Origin: Chara braunii
Lineage: Eukaryota; Plantae; Charophyceae
Length of the DNA stretch: 64,000 nt
Assembly: GCA_003427395.1 (NCBI GenBank)
Contig: BFEA01000041.1
Span: 2,162,015 to 2,226,014 of the forward strand
Direction of reading: 5' to 3'
Position numbers and translations under genes: made by a program
Shown here: positions 22,830-35,114 of the stretch, one piece after another
Numbering within the stretch: position 1 is the first letter of the stretch
How the letters are laid out: every line of letters begins with the position of its first letter
The notes under the pieces: generated by a model
Database searches by the model: none
What the model was told of the DNA's origin: nothing
Seen by the model: the letters and a program-made list of their open reading frames with translations, nothing else

Positions 22830-24200
22830 TTTTTTTTTTCCTTTTTAAGCAGCATGTGCTGCGAACCGGGCCCAGCGTCCCAAATGAAAGCTTACATAAA
22901 ATTTTGAAAATTGAGATACCGAGGTCATTACCTGGCTTTGGCTCAGAAAAAATTGGAGTTGCTTGGGAAATGACTATGACAAACGTCAGAAATAAGTTGA
23001 ATTCAGAAAACGACTCAGAACCCCCCCCCCCCGTCCATCCTCTTTACCTCACTCCGGTAAGACTTACTGTACCAGAGCCACCATCTCCGCTGCTGCTATA
23101 CCCTATTCCCATCCTACCAGGCTACCAGCTAGCCCCCTCACTAGTAGGACGCGTGATCTCCCACCATCTCCTTCTCCCACTCACCTCGTTCTCTTTTTGA
23201 GATACCTAAGAACACTAGTAGTAATTCGAGAGGCCTGGGAATAGACCGCGAAGGTCCTACAAATGCTTTGAAAACCTTGAAATCCCTAACAAACCATTCC
23301 AAAGTTCTCCAAAACTGTTTTACTTCCTGTCGAGCTCTTCCAGGCCTCACACCCCCACATCCTGCTGGGTTACAGGGCAACACAACTCACCCCAGCTCCG
23401 ACCAGCGTCGTCCCGGTAGCAACCCTTGATTGTCCCGTGGAATGCCTACCCCAAAGCATCCCCAGATCTCTCTACCAGCCTTCACGCTCCTGCATCAACA
23501 GGTTACAGGGCAACACCCCAACACCAACCAACGTCGTTCTGGCATCGAACAACTGCAAATCACTGAGCATAACAGACTTCGAAGCCACCTAGGACGAGTT
23601 GATACGAATCCCAAAGTCCTAAAGACATTCTAAGGACCACCAAACGACCAACATTTTTTTAACTTTCCTCATAAGATAGAGTAAAATTGAAAAAAAACGA
23701 AAAAACTAGGAAAAATATGAGAGCGAGGGGTCGAATGAAAGCCTACTTTCCTAAACTCCCCCCCTCAACAGAAGGAACGTCAGTCCAGGCTTTCAGTCCT
23801 CGTACTAGAACTCACTTGATTTCATACCCCTTTCTGCTAGGGTAACAGGACACCACAACCGTCCCCAGTACCGACCAACCTAGTTCTGACGAACAGGAAT
23901 TGCCTTCCTCCCTCGACAGTTCCCTTAGCGGCAAGCCCCTAAACAAGTTACAGGGTCAATACCCCGATGCCGGCTACGTCGGACGGTGCCTTCCACCCTC
24001 AGCATAACTCCACAGGCCTCAAGCTCCCCCTAGGTCACAGAGCAAAAGCACCAGCACCGGCCTGTGTCGTCCCAACATCGTCCTTCTAACCCACTTACCT
24101 TAACAAACAACCTTCCTCTGTTGAGAGCCCCCTTACTACGTTCCAGCCTACAGTTTTAGCTTCCCCTCCTTTCACTCATTTTTTGAGATAATAGGGTCAC
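22830..24200 (-). mobile_element. Rearranged LINE 3'-end derivative
   Basis: Poly-T, partial tail motif 22848-22881, homology to 17020-17870, internally repeated GTTACAGGG(C/T)AA..CCCC block also present at 57360-58330. Confidence 0.6.
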
Positions 24201-24609
24201 CCGAGACTTTACAACACATATAGGCTCATTGTGTGGTCATCGAAAATACTCCTTCCCTCAAAAAGCAGGATCCTCACACCCTGCTATAAGCAGCCACCCC
24301 CTTGTTTTTTCTCCCCAACCTCCTGTGTTGATCCAACCGTAAATCAGTCTGGCCCGAAAAAAAACAATCCCTCAATACCGCCTCCCCCCTCCAAGGATAA
24401 CACCTCCCACCTTGTGAAACCCCCACGGGGAAAGGCTCCAACCCTAAAGGAAAACCCCACAGATACACAAAGCAAACTGCAAATATACCGTACAAAGACT
24501 CGGGCAAGCTTTGAAACACCATTCAATAGAAAAAAACAATCCAAATCAGAGTTTATCGCAACAGTAATCAAGACCGGATGCCAAAGGTTAAAAAAAAAAA
24601 AAAAAGAAA

Positions 24610-25416
24610 AAAAAGAAGTAAACTGGGGTGCTAAAATGGAAGGATGGTGGCTGCACCCAGTGGATGTACGGCGCCCTCGAGAACCTCAGCTCGCATGGGC
24701 AGGAAAAGAGATAACAATCAAGATTTGGGGGGTAAAGCTAACAGCACCTGGCCCACCCCCAGACCACGGGGATAACTTAGTTAACCGTGCAGTGGGCAAG
24801 CACACCAGATGGATATACCTCGCTGGTGCGCCGAGAACTCGCAATCAATAACGCCTTCCTGGGAGCAACCGGGTACAAACTTGCAGTGGGCCTTTGAAAC
24901 AAAAGCAATGCACCAAACTAAGAAGAGCTCTGGCGACCTACCTCTGGAAAAAACAGTGCCAAAATGCACGGATGTTAGAATACGGGAAAATGGGACTAAA
25001 GGGGGGCTAGGGATGCTCGACTAGGAAAGAGAGAGTGACACACTCATTTTCAAAGTGCTGGTAAGACTCCTCGCTGGTGATGATATCCCTTGGGCATCAC
25101 TGGCATACCTGCAGATCACAAATCTGACTCCGGAGTCGGCAACTGCCAACAACGTACACCCTCTCGGATGGCTGACCAACACTTACTGGTCCATACCGTC
25201 CTCTTAGCAGCAAGGGCACACGGACCACCCAGCAGAGGCTACTAGACAAGACATAGCTATGGACCCCCTGTGAGCATACATGTTGAAACTCAGGACGCGC
25301 TCTAGCCCCAAACAAAAAGACTCCCCAACAGGGGGCAGGATGTATGGAGACAACCCTTATTTGCTAGCCCCCAAATTCTAGATGAGTCAGATAACCCCTT
25401 CCCACTGACCACGAAC
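24610..25416 (+). pseudogene. L1/Tx1 ORF2 fragment (post-RT region)
   Basis: EVNWGAKMEGWWLHP..IKIWGVKLTAPGPP and LRRALATYLW..KGGLG parallel VNWGDKTQGWCIH / VNWGSKTQGWWIH in the other LINEs; partly duplicated at 27932-28456. Confidence 0.8.
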
Positions 25417-25840
25417 CTAGGTTACTGGCCCGGACGTCCGGGACCCTTTTCTATCCCGGATTCCTGGGTTGTCCGATCAGACAACTCCTTGTTGTTCGAG
25501 CGGGGCCCAATGTGCGGGGTGGTGGAAAAATAGCCTGTGGGTCCGACGGGGTTTTCGGCCCCGCGGTGATGCTTTTTGGGGTTCGTAGTACCCCCCCCCG
25601 TCTAGCGGATTTTAGTGAGGCCCGTAGGGCCTCCAAAAACAAGACCGAAAAAGGCCCGGTCTGGGCCGTCAGATCTAGAGATCTACGACCCAGATTGGGT
25701 CAAAGTCAAATTCGAAATCAGCGCCTAACCTCGGTCTGCAAGCGTGTGACTTCGGCACGTTGTAGCAGTTGGGCGATGCCGAAATCGCTCGCCAACGGCC
25801 ACGAACCACCACGTGCTCCAACCCCATTGCAGGTGCGTAC
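25417..25840 (+). mobile_element. One end of a hAT-like element (second copy from 28457)
   Basis: CTAGGTTAC(TG/CA)GCCCGGACGTCCGGGA resembles the termini of the 4267-4556 MITE and interrupts the LINE fragment; other end not identified. Confidence 0.55.
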
Positions 25841-26869
25841 CCTCCTCCTTCCTCTTCCTCCATGTCTCTCTCGTCTCTCGCCTCCTCCTCCTCCTTTCCC
25901 TCCTCTTCCTACTCCTACTCCTCCTCCTTTCCCTCCATCTCTTCCTCCTACTCCTCCTCTTTTTCGTCCACTTCCTTTTGCTCCGCCTCCTCCTCCTTCT
26001 CCTCATCTTCTTCCTCCTCCTCACCCTCCACCTCCTCCTCCTCGTCATCCATCGTCAGCATCCTTCTCCTCTTCCTCGTCCTCCTCCTTTTTTTCTTCCT
26101 CCTCCTCCTCCTGCTCCTCCTCCTCTTCCTGCTCTTCTTTCTCCTCATCCTCCTCCCCCTCGTCCTCCTCCTCTTCGTCGTCGTCGTCGTCCTCCTCCGC
26201 ATCCTCGTCCATCATCGCGGCGTCCCGATTTGCATCCATCGCTGCGGCCCCCTCCTGCTCCCTTTCCTCCTCCACCGCCTCCTCCTGTTCTTCCTCCTCC
26301 TCCCCCCAGTCTTCTTTTTCTTCCTCCCCCTCCTCTTCCTCCTACTATTCTTCTTCATCCTCCTCCTATTCCTCTTCCTCCTTTTATTCTTCTTTCTCCT
26401 CCTCCTCCTCTTCCTGCTCTTTTTCTTCATCCTCCTTCTCGTGTTCTTCTCCATCAGCCTCCATGTCGTCCTCGTCGCCGTTGCCCTCCTCCCCTTTGAA
26501 TGCCTCCTCCTCCTCCTCCTCCTCGTCCCTCTCAATCCTCCTTCTCCTCATCCCGTCCGCGGCAGTGTCGCCATCCCTACCCACCCATGTCCCCACATCA
26601 CCTTCTCGCCATCGTCCTGTACGCCGTTGTGTATACTCCCCTCCCAATTTTTTTTTTTTTTTTAATCAATTAATCAATCAATCAATCATTGCAATCAATC
26701 AATCAATCAATCAATCATTGCAATCAATCAATCAATCAATCAACATTCGATCCAGTCAATGGATTGGATTGGATCTTGAAAATCCAATAGATTTTCAATG
26801 TCCAATCCAATCCATGATTGGATCGAATAGATTTTCAAGATCCAATCCAATCCATGATTGGATCGAATG

Positions 26870-26913
<44 letters not shown>

Positions 26914-26914
26914 C

Positions 26915-26973
<59 letters not shown>

Positions 26974-27510
26974 CTGGTTGATTGATTGACTGATTGATTG
27001 ATTGATTGAATGGAAAAAAAAGAGGGTGGGCAGACGGGACCAAGTTCGACCCTCATCTTCTCCCTCCTCCCCCTCCTCCTTTACTTCTTCTCCCTCTTCC
27101 TCCTCCTCCGCCTTCTCCTCCTCCTTTACTTCTTCTCCTTCCTCCTGCTCATCGTCCATAGTTTGCATCCATTGTCGCGGCCCGCTCCTGCTCCCTTTCC
27201 TCCTCCTCTGCCGCCTCCTATTCTTCTACTTCGTCGTCACCATCCTCCTCCTCCCAGTATTCTTCTTCTTCTTCCTCCTCTTCCTCCTCCTCTTCTTCCT
27301 CCGCCTCCTTGTCCTCCTCGTCCATCGTCATGCCATGATCGTCATCGCCATCCTCCTCCTCCTCCTCGTCCATCGTCGTGCCATGGTCGTTGTCGTCATC
27401 CTCCTCCTCCTCCTCCTCCCCATAGTCTTGTTGTTCTTCTTCCTCCTCCTCCTCCTCCTCTTCCTCCTATCCTTCTTCCTCCTCCTCTTCCTCCTCCTCG
27501 TTCTCCTCGT
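25840..27510. repeat. (TCC/TCT)n pyrimidine-rich low-complexity blocks (two related units)
   Basis: 25840-26560 and 27050-27510, each followed by a homologous CCATCCCTAC..ATCACCTTCTCG..ATACTCCCCTCCC segment. Confidence 0.9.
26664..27008. repeat. Palindromic element with (AATC)n / (GATT)n arms, copy 1
   Basis: Core CATTCGATCC..GGATCTTGAAAATC / GATTTTCAAGATCC..GGATCGAATG; right arm duplicated. Confidence 0.9.
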
Positions 27511-27620
27511 CCGGTCTGCGGCAATGTCTCCATCCCTACCCCTCTAAGTCCCCGCATCACCTTCTCGGCATCGTCCTGTATGTCGTCGTGAATACTCCCC
27601 TCCCCATTTTTTATTTTTTT

Positions 27621-27776
27621 TCAATCAATCAATCAATCAATCAATCCCATTCGATCCAATCAATGGATTGGATCGGATCTTGAAAATCAGATTTTCAAGA
27701 TCCAATCCAATCCATTGATTGGATCGAATGTGATTGATTGATTGATTGAGTGATTGATTGAGTGATTGATTGATTG
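27621..27776. repeat. Palindromic element with (AATC)n / (GATT)n arms, copy 2
   Basis: 41-bp arms (27648-27688 / 27690-27730), one mismatch, 1-nt centre. Confidence 0.92.
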
Positions 27777-27779
27777 TCC

Positions 27780-27849
<70 letters not shown>

Positions 27850-27931
27850 GTGTGTGTGTGTGTGTTGGTGTGTTGGTGTGTGGATAGAGTTCGTGCGTGT
27901 GTGCATCTGTGTTTAGAAGAGCTCTACTGGA

Positions 27932-28953
27932 AAAAGCAATACACCAGACTTAGAAGAGCTCTGGCAACCTACCTCTGGAAAAACAGTGCCAAAATGCAGG
28001 GACGTTGGAATAGGGGAAAATGGGACTAAAGGGGGGCTAGCCCGGCTAGGGATGCTCGACTGGGAAAGAGAGAGTGACACACTCATTTTCAAAGTGCTGG
28101 TAAGACTCCTCGCTGATGATGATATCCCTTGGGCATCGCTGGCATACCTGCAGATCACAAATCTGACTCCGGAGTCGGCAACTGCCAACAACGTACACCC
28201 TCTCAGATGGCTGACCAACGCTTACTGGTCCATGCCGTCCTCTGAGCAGCAAGGGCACACGGACCACCCAGCATAGGCTACTCGACAAGACATAGCTATG
28301 GACCGCCTGTGGGCATACATGTTGAAACTAAGGACGCGCTCTAGCCCCAAACAAAAAAGACTCTCCAACAGGGGGCAGGATGTATGGAGACAACCCTTAT
28401 TTGCCAGCCCCCACATTCTAGATGAGTCAGATAACCCCTTCCCACTGGCCACGAACCTAGGTTACCAGCCCGGACGTCCGGGATCCTTTTCTATCCAGGG
28501 TTGTCCGATCGGACAACTCCCCCGGTTGTCCGAGCGGGGCCCAATGTCCGGGGTGGTGGAAAAATAGCCTGTGGGTCCGACGCGGTTTTCGGCCCGGCGG
28601 TGATGCTTTTTGGGGTTCGTAGTAACTTCCCCTCCGTCTGGCCTATTTTAGTGAGGCCCGTAGGGCCTCCAAAAACGAGACCGAAAAAGGCCCGGTCTGG
28701 GCCGTCAGATCTAAGAGATCTACGGCCCAGATCGGGCCAAAGTCAAATTCGAAATCAGCGCCCGACCTCCGTCTGCCAGCGCGTGACTTTGGCACGTCGT
28801 AGCAGTTGGGCGATGCCGAAATCGCTCGCCAACGGCCACGACCCACCACGTTCTCCAACCCCATTGCAAGTGCGTACCCTCCTCCTTCCTCTTGCTCCAT
28901 GTCTCTCTCGTCTCTCGCCTCCTCCTCCTCCTTACCCTCCTCTTCCTACTCCT
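27932..28953 (+). repeat. ~1-kb direct duplication of 24901-25917
   Basis: Colinear and highly similar; spans the LINE-fragment / transposon-end junction. Confidence 0.92.
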
Positions 28954-29905
28954 TTTTTTTTTTTTTTTTTTTTGGGTAAACTTCGCTGTGTCGTGGACCG
29001 TGCTAATGGAGGTGATAGGAGCATCCCCCATTAGCAGGCCAAGTTTTGGATGGCTCCATCTATTGGTGGGGAGCAGCACCTGCTGGAAAGTGGGTCCAGC
29101 GTCCCTTTATACACTTTATAAAGGTTTGGAACAATGCCAATGACAGCTGCCCTTCGGGGAGTTCAGCTTGTTATTGCCGGGAGGTAACCCCGGTATCAAT
29201 CAGTTTTCTACTAGTCTCATCTGCAGATCCATGCAGTCAGTGGCACTTTTGGCAGTATTTATGAAGACCTCGTGTCTAACACCCTCCCGTCCGTTTGTGT
29301 GTCCTCACTCATTCAAATCGTCATGCCTGATAACCCCTCGTCCGTTTGGATCTCTTCAGCATTGCTTTCGTTGTCTCAACTGTTCGGTGTCACCTGATTC
29401 CTTACCCACACACCCTTTTCCTGCTATCCCCTTACTTTCTGTTCGGTGACACCTGATTCCTTACCTGCACACCCTTTTCCCGCTATCCCCTTACTTTCTG
29501 TCCACTCTTTTCAGTCTTGTTCAGTCTGGCACTATAGGCCCTACATCTCCGACAGTCTTGTTGTCTAACCCCGTGCTTGTCTGATGTTTGGTCGTTGTTG
29601 CTCCGTGCTCAGATCATCTCATTTGACTGGACGGGGTTTGACTCACCAGGGAAGAGGGGCTGGCAGGGGCCGAGACCGGGAGGGGGACAGAAAGGAGGAG
29701 GGGGGAGGGGGGGGGCGGGGGGTCTAGGATCGGGGGCAAGGGGCGGGGTGGGTGATGGGGGAAACTAGAATAAAGTTTTGTTCTTGGTAGGGGACATGAA
29801 AGTGGGGTCTAGGGAGCCTTTCCCATGTCGATTCCTCCGCCACCCACCGATTCCAGACTAAGTTTTCGTGGTCATCCAATGTGGCCAGCTTCCTGTTTTG
29901 GTCTA
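28954..29905 (-). mobile_element. 5'-truncated LINE insertion
   Basis: Exact 16-bp TSD TCCTCTTCCTACTCCT (28938-28953, 29906-29921), poly(A), tail motif 29053-29105; 5' end encodes DDHENLVWNRWVAEESTWERLPRP, loosely like the ORF2 C-termini of the other LINEs. Confidence 0.85.
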
Positions 29906-30199
29906 TCCTCTTCCTACTCCTACTCCTCCTTTCCCTCCAGATGCACACACACACGGTCCTCACACACACACACACATTGCCCGGATAAACTCTCGATCCA
30001 CCTCCCCGCCCCATCGCCAGGTCCCTCCGCCCCCCCCACACCCCCCAACCCCGCCAGACAGGTCAACATGAAGGTATCAAACACAAGTGCAACCGACCAG
30101 GGACGCGGACAGGAGAAGGACGACCTACAACACCAAGACCCCCCTCAAAGGCAAGCAGGTTTCTCCAACCCCGAGCAATGTTTAGCATGAGATTCAAAG

Positions 30200-30649
30200 C
30201 CACATGACGGCCTACCGGGAAGAGAGCAACTCATGAGCCATTGCTGTACACTCTGCCTGAAGGGCAGACATAAGAGTTATTGATGTACATTCTGGCTGAA
30301 GGGAAGGGTAGGGTTTAGCTGCCAAAGGGTTTAGGGGCTAAGGGAATTAAAGGGATGAAGACGAATGCAACTAGCCTCACCACAACTCAACATGCAGATA
30401 AATAGAATCTGATGGGGAAGTAGCCCGTATTGTCCTGCATAATTGAGGCAGCCCACATTTAGGCTGAAAAGGCACTGACCTATTATACTCCGATCAAACT
30501 CGTAAGTATTTTATGCAACATGTAAAAGGGGACGTTGGGCCTGCTTCCTATAAGGTGTAGCTCCCCACCCATAGATGGAGCTGCCCCGGGAGAGTTTGAT
30601 GTGTCTGCTCCTATCAGGAACTCAAGCTGTTTCAGCGGTTCTTTCTCAA

Positions 30650-30682
<33 letters not shown>
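30200..30682 (+). mobile_element. LINE 3' end
   Basis: Degenerate tail motif 30529-30581, poly(A) 30651-30682; 5' boundary approximate. Confidence 0.65.
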
Positions 30683-30684
<2 letters not shown>

Positions 30685-30977
30685 AGACTGGTTGAATTCA
30701 GCATCATGACAGAAGTTTGACTATTTCAAATAGGAAATTGACCTCAATGGAAATTGGTTTTTTTTTGGGAGATTGGATTCAATTTGATGGAGGTTAATGT
30801 TCTAAGATGCATTTTATGACCTCGATGAAACTGTATCTTGGCCTAAGATGCATTTTATGACCTCAATGAAACTGTATCTTGACCCATAGTGCAATTATAA
30901 CCCATTTTTGTGACTCCCGCGTAGTTTCCCCTAGTATATAATATGATAAAGAATGAAAACCGCAAAAGAGGGGTGCT

Positions 30978-31095
30978 GACTTAGATCTTTGGTCTCTTAA
31001 ATTAAATGTAAATGGTTTAGCATTTGCTAAACAACAAGAGCGTCAGAGTCGGTCAGACCATCTACGTGCAGTTGAGAGGTGTGGAAAGGAAGGGG

Positions 31096-31133
<38 letters not shown>

Positions 31134-31530
31134 GAAAAAGGAAAGGAAGGAGTGGCCGCACGTAGTTTGTATCCAAGAAACTTATTTAATGGATACTGCA
31201 GAACACAACCATAAAGATAAGGAGATTTGACCAAGCATACTTTGCACATGCACCCAGACATGGGAGTGTGGGGACCCATATGGCTTCCCTTGGACTTTAA
31301 GATAAAACCCTTGAACTGGGCAGCGGATCAGGTGGAAGGTAGACGGATGTTTCTCCTCGCTATGTTTGAGTTAGTGGCGGTCAGTATATTGTGTGTGTAC
31401 CTCCCGGTTGGAATTCCTAGTTTTATAGCAGGAGATTTCAATGCAGCTTCTGATACATATCTGGATAGATGGCACATCTCATCCGCATGTCCGATATATG
31501 TGGAATCTGATGTCATCGCATCCGCAAAGC
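30978..31530 (+). pseudogene. LINE APE-endonuclease fragment
   Basis: DLDLWSL..NVNGL, WPHVVCIQETYL, ILCVYLP, FIAGDFNA motifs; interrupted by an A-rich run and frameshifts. Confidence 0.85.
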
Positions 31531-32811
31531 CGGTCGTATGAGCAAGCCCTCTGTGACGACGTCTAAGCACCGCCAGCTTGTTGTCAGACCTCTTAGCAGA
31601 AGAAGACAAAAAGAAAAGAGAAACATAAAAAAAAAAAAGAAGAAAAAGAAAGAAAAGAGAAACGTCGCCTCGTCATCCGAATCTCGAAGAACAGAAAAGA
31701 CAAAAAACAAACAAACACCATTTCGGTCTTGATATCAGTCCACAACATTCTTTCAAGTGGCTGTGTAGGTATGCCCTGGATGAGGCTGTTTGAGCGAATC
31801 AAGGAAAAGGATGTGCCAGACTGACATGGGAATCTACGAAAAAGGAGAAGACAAGGAAAAAAAAAAAAAAAGCAAAGTGAATCTACACTAAGATTATGGA
31901 CAGGTCTGTTAGAGAACTGTGTAGGCAGAGAACTGGTCAGCCTCATCTCCCAAGAGTTAACCGGCTGTCTAGGGATGATGACCATCCTCTCCTTCTGCCC
32001 ATCCCGCTCCTTTGACCACAAAATGACAGCGGTTGGTCTTCCTCTCAAACACCCTTTCTGTAGAGGACCCGGTTTAAATTGAACACCGTCCTCACTTAGG
32101 AGCAACATTCATGGTTTTAGTTTGAAAATGGCAAAATGCATTTTAGTCATTATTTCATGAATGTGGCTCCAAAGCGAGGGAAATCGTGAATGTATATAAC
32201 CTGACTTTAGGGTCGGGTGAGGATGTGTTGTATTCGAGGGATGTGTAAAGTGGATTTGAAACTGAAATAGTGACTGCGCCCTAGTCACCCCTTTTTTTTT
32301 AACTGAAAACTGGGACCAGTGTCCCATATTGCTTTTGAAATTCTGACATTCCGAGACTCGAACGTTAAACCACCAATACCTCTCCCCTCTTGAATATCAA
32401 TTCTGCGATGGGTAATGAACTTGGGCAGGACCCGGTCCGCCTGGATGTATCTGGTCTCAGGCTTAGTCCTGATACATCCAGGGGGTATCCATTTTGACGA
32501 AATGGTAGTTATCATTGAAAGGTCGCTGACGTTCATCTCCACTCTTCGGATTCTGCATCACAGAATCAATCCTGCTAACCATTGTAACTGTAAATGATCA
32601 GTGTTGATTGATATCACAGTACAGAATGTGAATTGACTCTGTTTTTTGTTCGGACTGTTCACGTATAGTCTCTGAGGATCCTACACACGCCAAGCGGGGT
32701 CGGGCCGCCGTTGATAAATTGAATCAGTGGCCTGTTTTGGCTTTTCTTCCCGACCCTGGCCGATATATGGGAAAGATATTGGTGACTTGGAAGCACAATT
32801 CAGCCACCAGC

Positions 32812-33186
32812 ACTTCCTAAAGTAGTGCCCGTTAACAAGCCACAATTTTAGGAAACGTACGGGCTACTACAGGAGCGCCCAAATTCATCCGACTAGAAAC
32901 ATTTCTACTCTATTTTTTTCTGCGGCCGATAGCTGGGCCAAGTACTGGTGGTTTAACACAGGAAACCTTCTGTCTCATTGTCTGGCTCTAAAAGACTAAA
33001 ACCAAGCCTACAGTAGACTCTGCTCAGAATCCCCGGTGAATACTTAAAACTCCGATGCTGTTAAACCACCAGTACTTGGCCGAGCTATTGGCCACGGAAA
33101 AAAATAGAGTAGAAATTTGGGCGCTCCTGTAGCGGCCCGTACGTTTCCTACGATCGTGGCTTGTTAACGGGCACAACTTAGGAAGT
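32812..33186. mobile_element. Fold-back element / MITE with ~130-145-bp inverted arms
   Basis: 32812-32958 is the approximate reverse complement of 33059-33186. Confidence 0.8.
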
Positions 33187-34457
33187 ACGGGTTTGTTTAA
33201 CCATCTGGCAATCACCAGTTCGTGGTCTGACGTGATGGCTGCCGCCGAACTTTTACCCTTCGCCCAAGTCCTGTGAAACCAACCAGCCTTCTTGCAGAGA
33301 CCTGGGGGGTTCTACGCCAGTCTGCTCTGATGGCCCGCCGCCTTATGCCAGGCCCCAAGCGCTGCCACCTTTCTGGTTCTGCATCAGCTGTCCTTCCAAC
33401 CCCCAAGCGCTGCCACCTTTCTCCCTTTTTGTTTTGTGGGGATGTATGGCAAGTAGAGCTCTCCTTTTTTCCCTTTTTTTTTGATGTCTTTTTTCCGCTT
33501 TCTTTCCTCGGCTCTCAGCCGCAGGCTCGGCTTGTGCTAACCTAGGGCCGTGACCCACTAGGGGGGGTTTAGTTTATGTTTCGTGTTTTTTCCAACGTGG
33601 TCACACTACAGTAGGGCCGTGAGATTTTCAGATCGGATGGCAAGGAGTCATCCATGTACACTCAAAACCAGAACAAAACCTCGAGAAGTGGGACATGGCC
33701 CCTGGTTGGATATATGGCCAGTTCTCAGCCCCACGCTCCGCTGGTGCTAACCTGGTTACATATATGGCCAGCCCCCGGGCCAAGTCCCACTTGGCTGAAT
33801 TCTTCATTTCTGGTCGTTGATCTTCAGAATCAACGGTCAGAACCAATCAAGAATTCGGGTACTAAGTGGGACTTGGGAGAAAGCACGAACCTCGCCTAGT
33901 TGAAGGCCAGGATCACGTTTCTTTTTTTTCTTCTTTTTTTTAAAATTTAACTGGATCACCTTTTTTTTCACCATGAACACACCGTGATGATACCGTGGAC
34001 ATACTAGCAGTTGGGTGTTGACTGCGTTGACTTGCCTCTTCTGCTCGGGAGAGGATGTCCAGGCCCGTCCTTTTTTTTTTTTTTTTTTTTTNTTTGCCGA
34101 CCTTTTTTTTTTNTGCGGGAAACCGGGTCCGGCGTCCCTTACATTTATGCCATGGTCTGTTGGGCTGGGCAACACACTCCCGGCCAAACCCATCCCTACC
34201 ACAGCAAAAAGACCTGTCTTGGGTGGTTAGTCAAAACAAAAAGAAAACCAAAACAAGGAAAAGCAGCCTAGCTAAATGAGCAATTGCTCAGACTCAGAGC
34301 ACTAAGTAAACCCCAGCTATGTCAAATCAACCCTCCTAAAATCTTTTATTAATTTTTTGGGAAAGCCAGCCGCTTGATGATAGCTCGGTGCGGAGCGCGG
34401 TCCCTCCCACTATATCTAAGAAGAAAAGGGGACGGAAAAAGAAAATCCAACCACCAG

Positions 34458-34623
34458 GAGCACGGTCCCACTAGCAACGGGGATTGGATTAACATCCTGA
34501 ATCTGGGCATGTTTTACGCAGAAATGCAGAAAAGGAGTTCAATCTCGATTTTCTGCACTTGCCCACAAACACGGCCAAACTAAGCCGTTCAATCCAATCC
34601 TCTTTGCTAGTGGGACCTCGCCC
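34458..34623. mobile_element. PIF/Harbinger-like MITE (relatives at 35202-35368, 50371-50528, ~52597-52852)
   Basis: Family TIR GGGCGAGGTCCCACTAGCAA..GGATTGGATT / AATCCAATCCTCTTTGCTAGTGGGACCTCGCCC; 3-bp CAG TSD here, CCG/CTG-like at other copies. Confidence 0.8.
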
Positions 34624-35114
34624 CAGCAGTTCAGTCTTCCTTTCCAACGTGGCCTCAGTGTGGCCGTGAGGGTTCAGTCTTCCTTTCCAACGTGGCCACA
34701 ACTTGGCCGTGGGATGTTTTCTTTTTTTGTTTTTTTGGCCGTGAGATGTTTGGGTCGGATGGCAAGAACGGCTGTGTGATTGAAGCGCCACGTGTCCCGT
34801 AGGTGATACCTGGGGCAAGGTCCAACTCGCACGGAATAAGAAATTGTGGTCGTTGATCTCCGTTATCGACGGTGAACAACTGGAAGTGTGACCCCAGCCC
34901 CTGGGCCCCGTCATTTTTTTTTTTCTCGTCAGAACAGATACGGCACTTTTACAAGTTGCCGTCCACACCTAGGGCAGTCCTTTACTTAGATATGGACGTG
35001 ATTGCGGCCAGATGCATCCACTTCTAGATGCATTTTGGAAAGTGCTCGTGTAAGTGTGCCCTTAATCTATCTTAGCCAACCACACATTTGTACGTGTGAA
35101 CCGTGTGTCTACAA

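Noticed and set aside
25512-27591. 453-aa Pro/Ser-rich and poly-Leu/Glu ORFs
   Set aside because: Translations of TCC low-complexity DNA, open in several frames.
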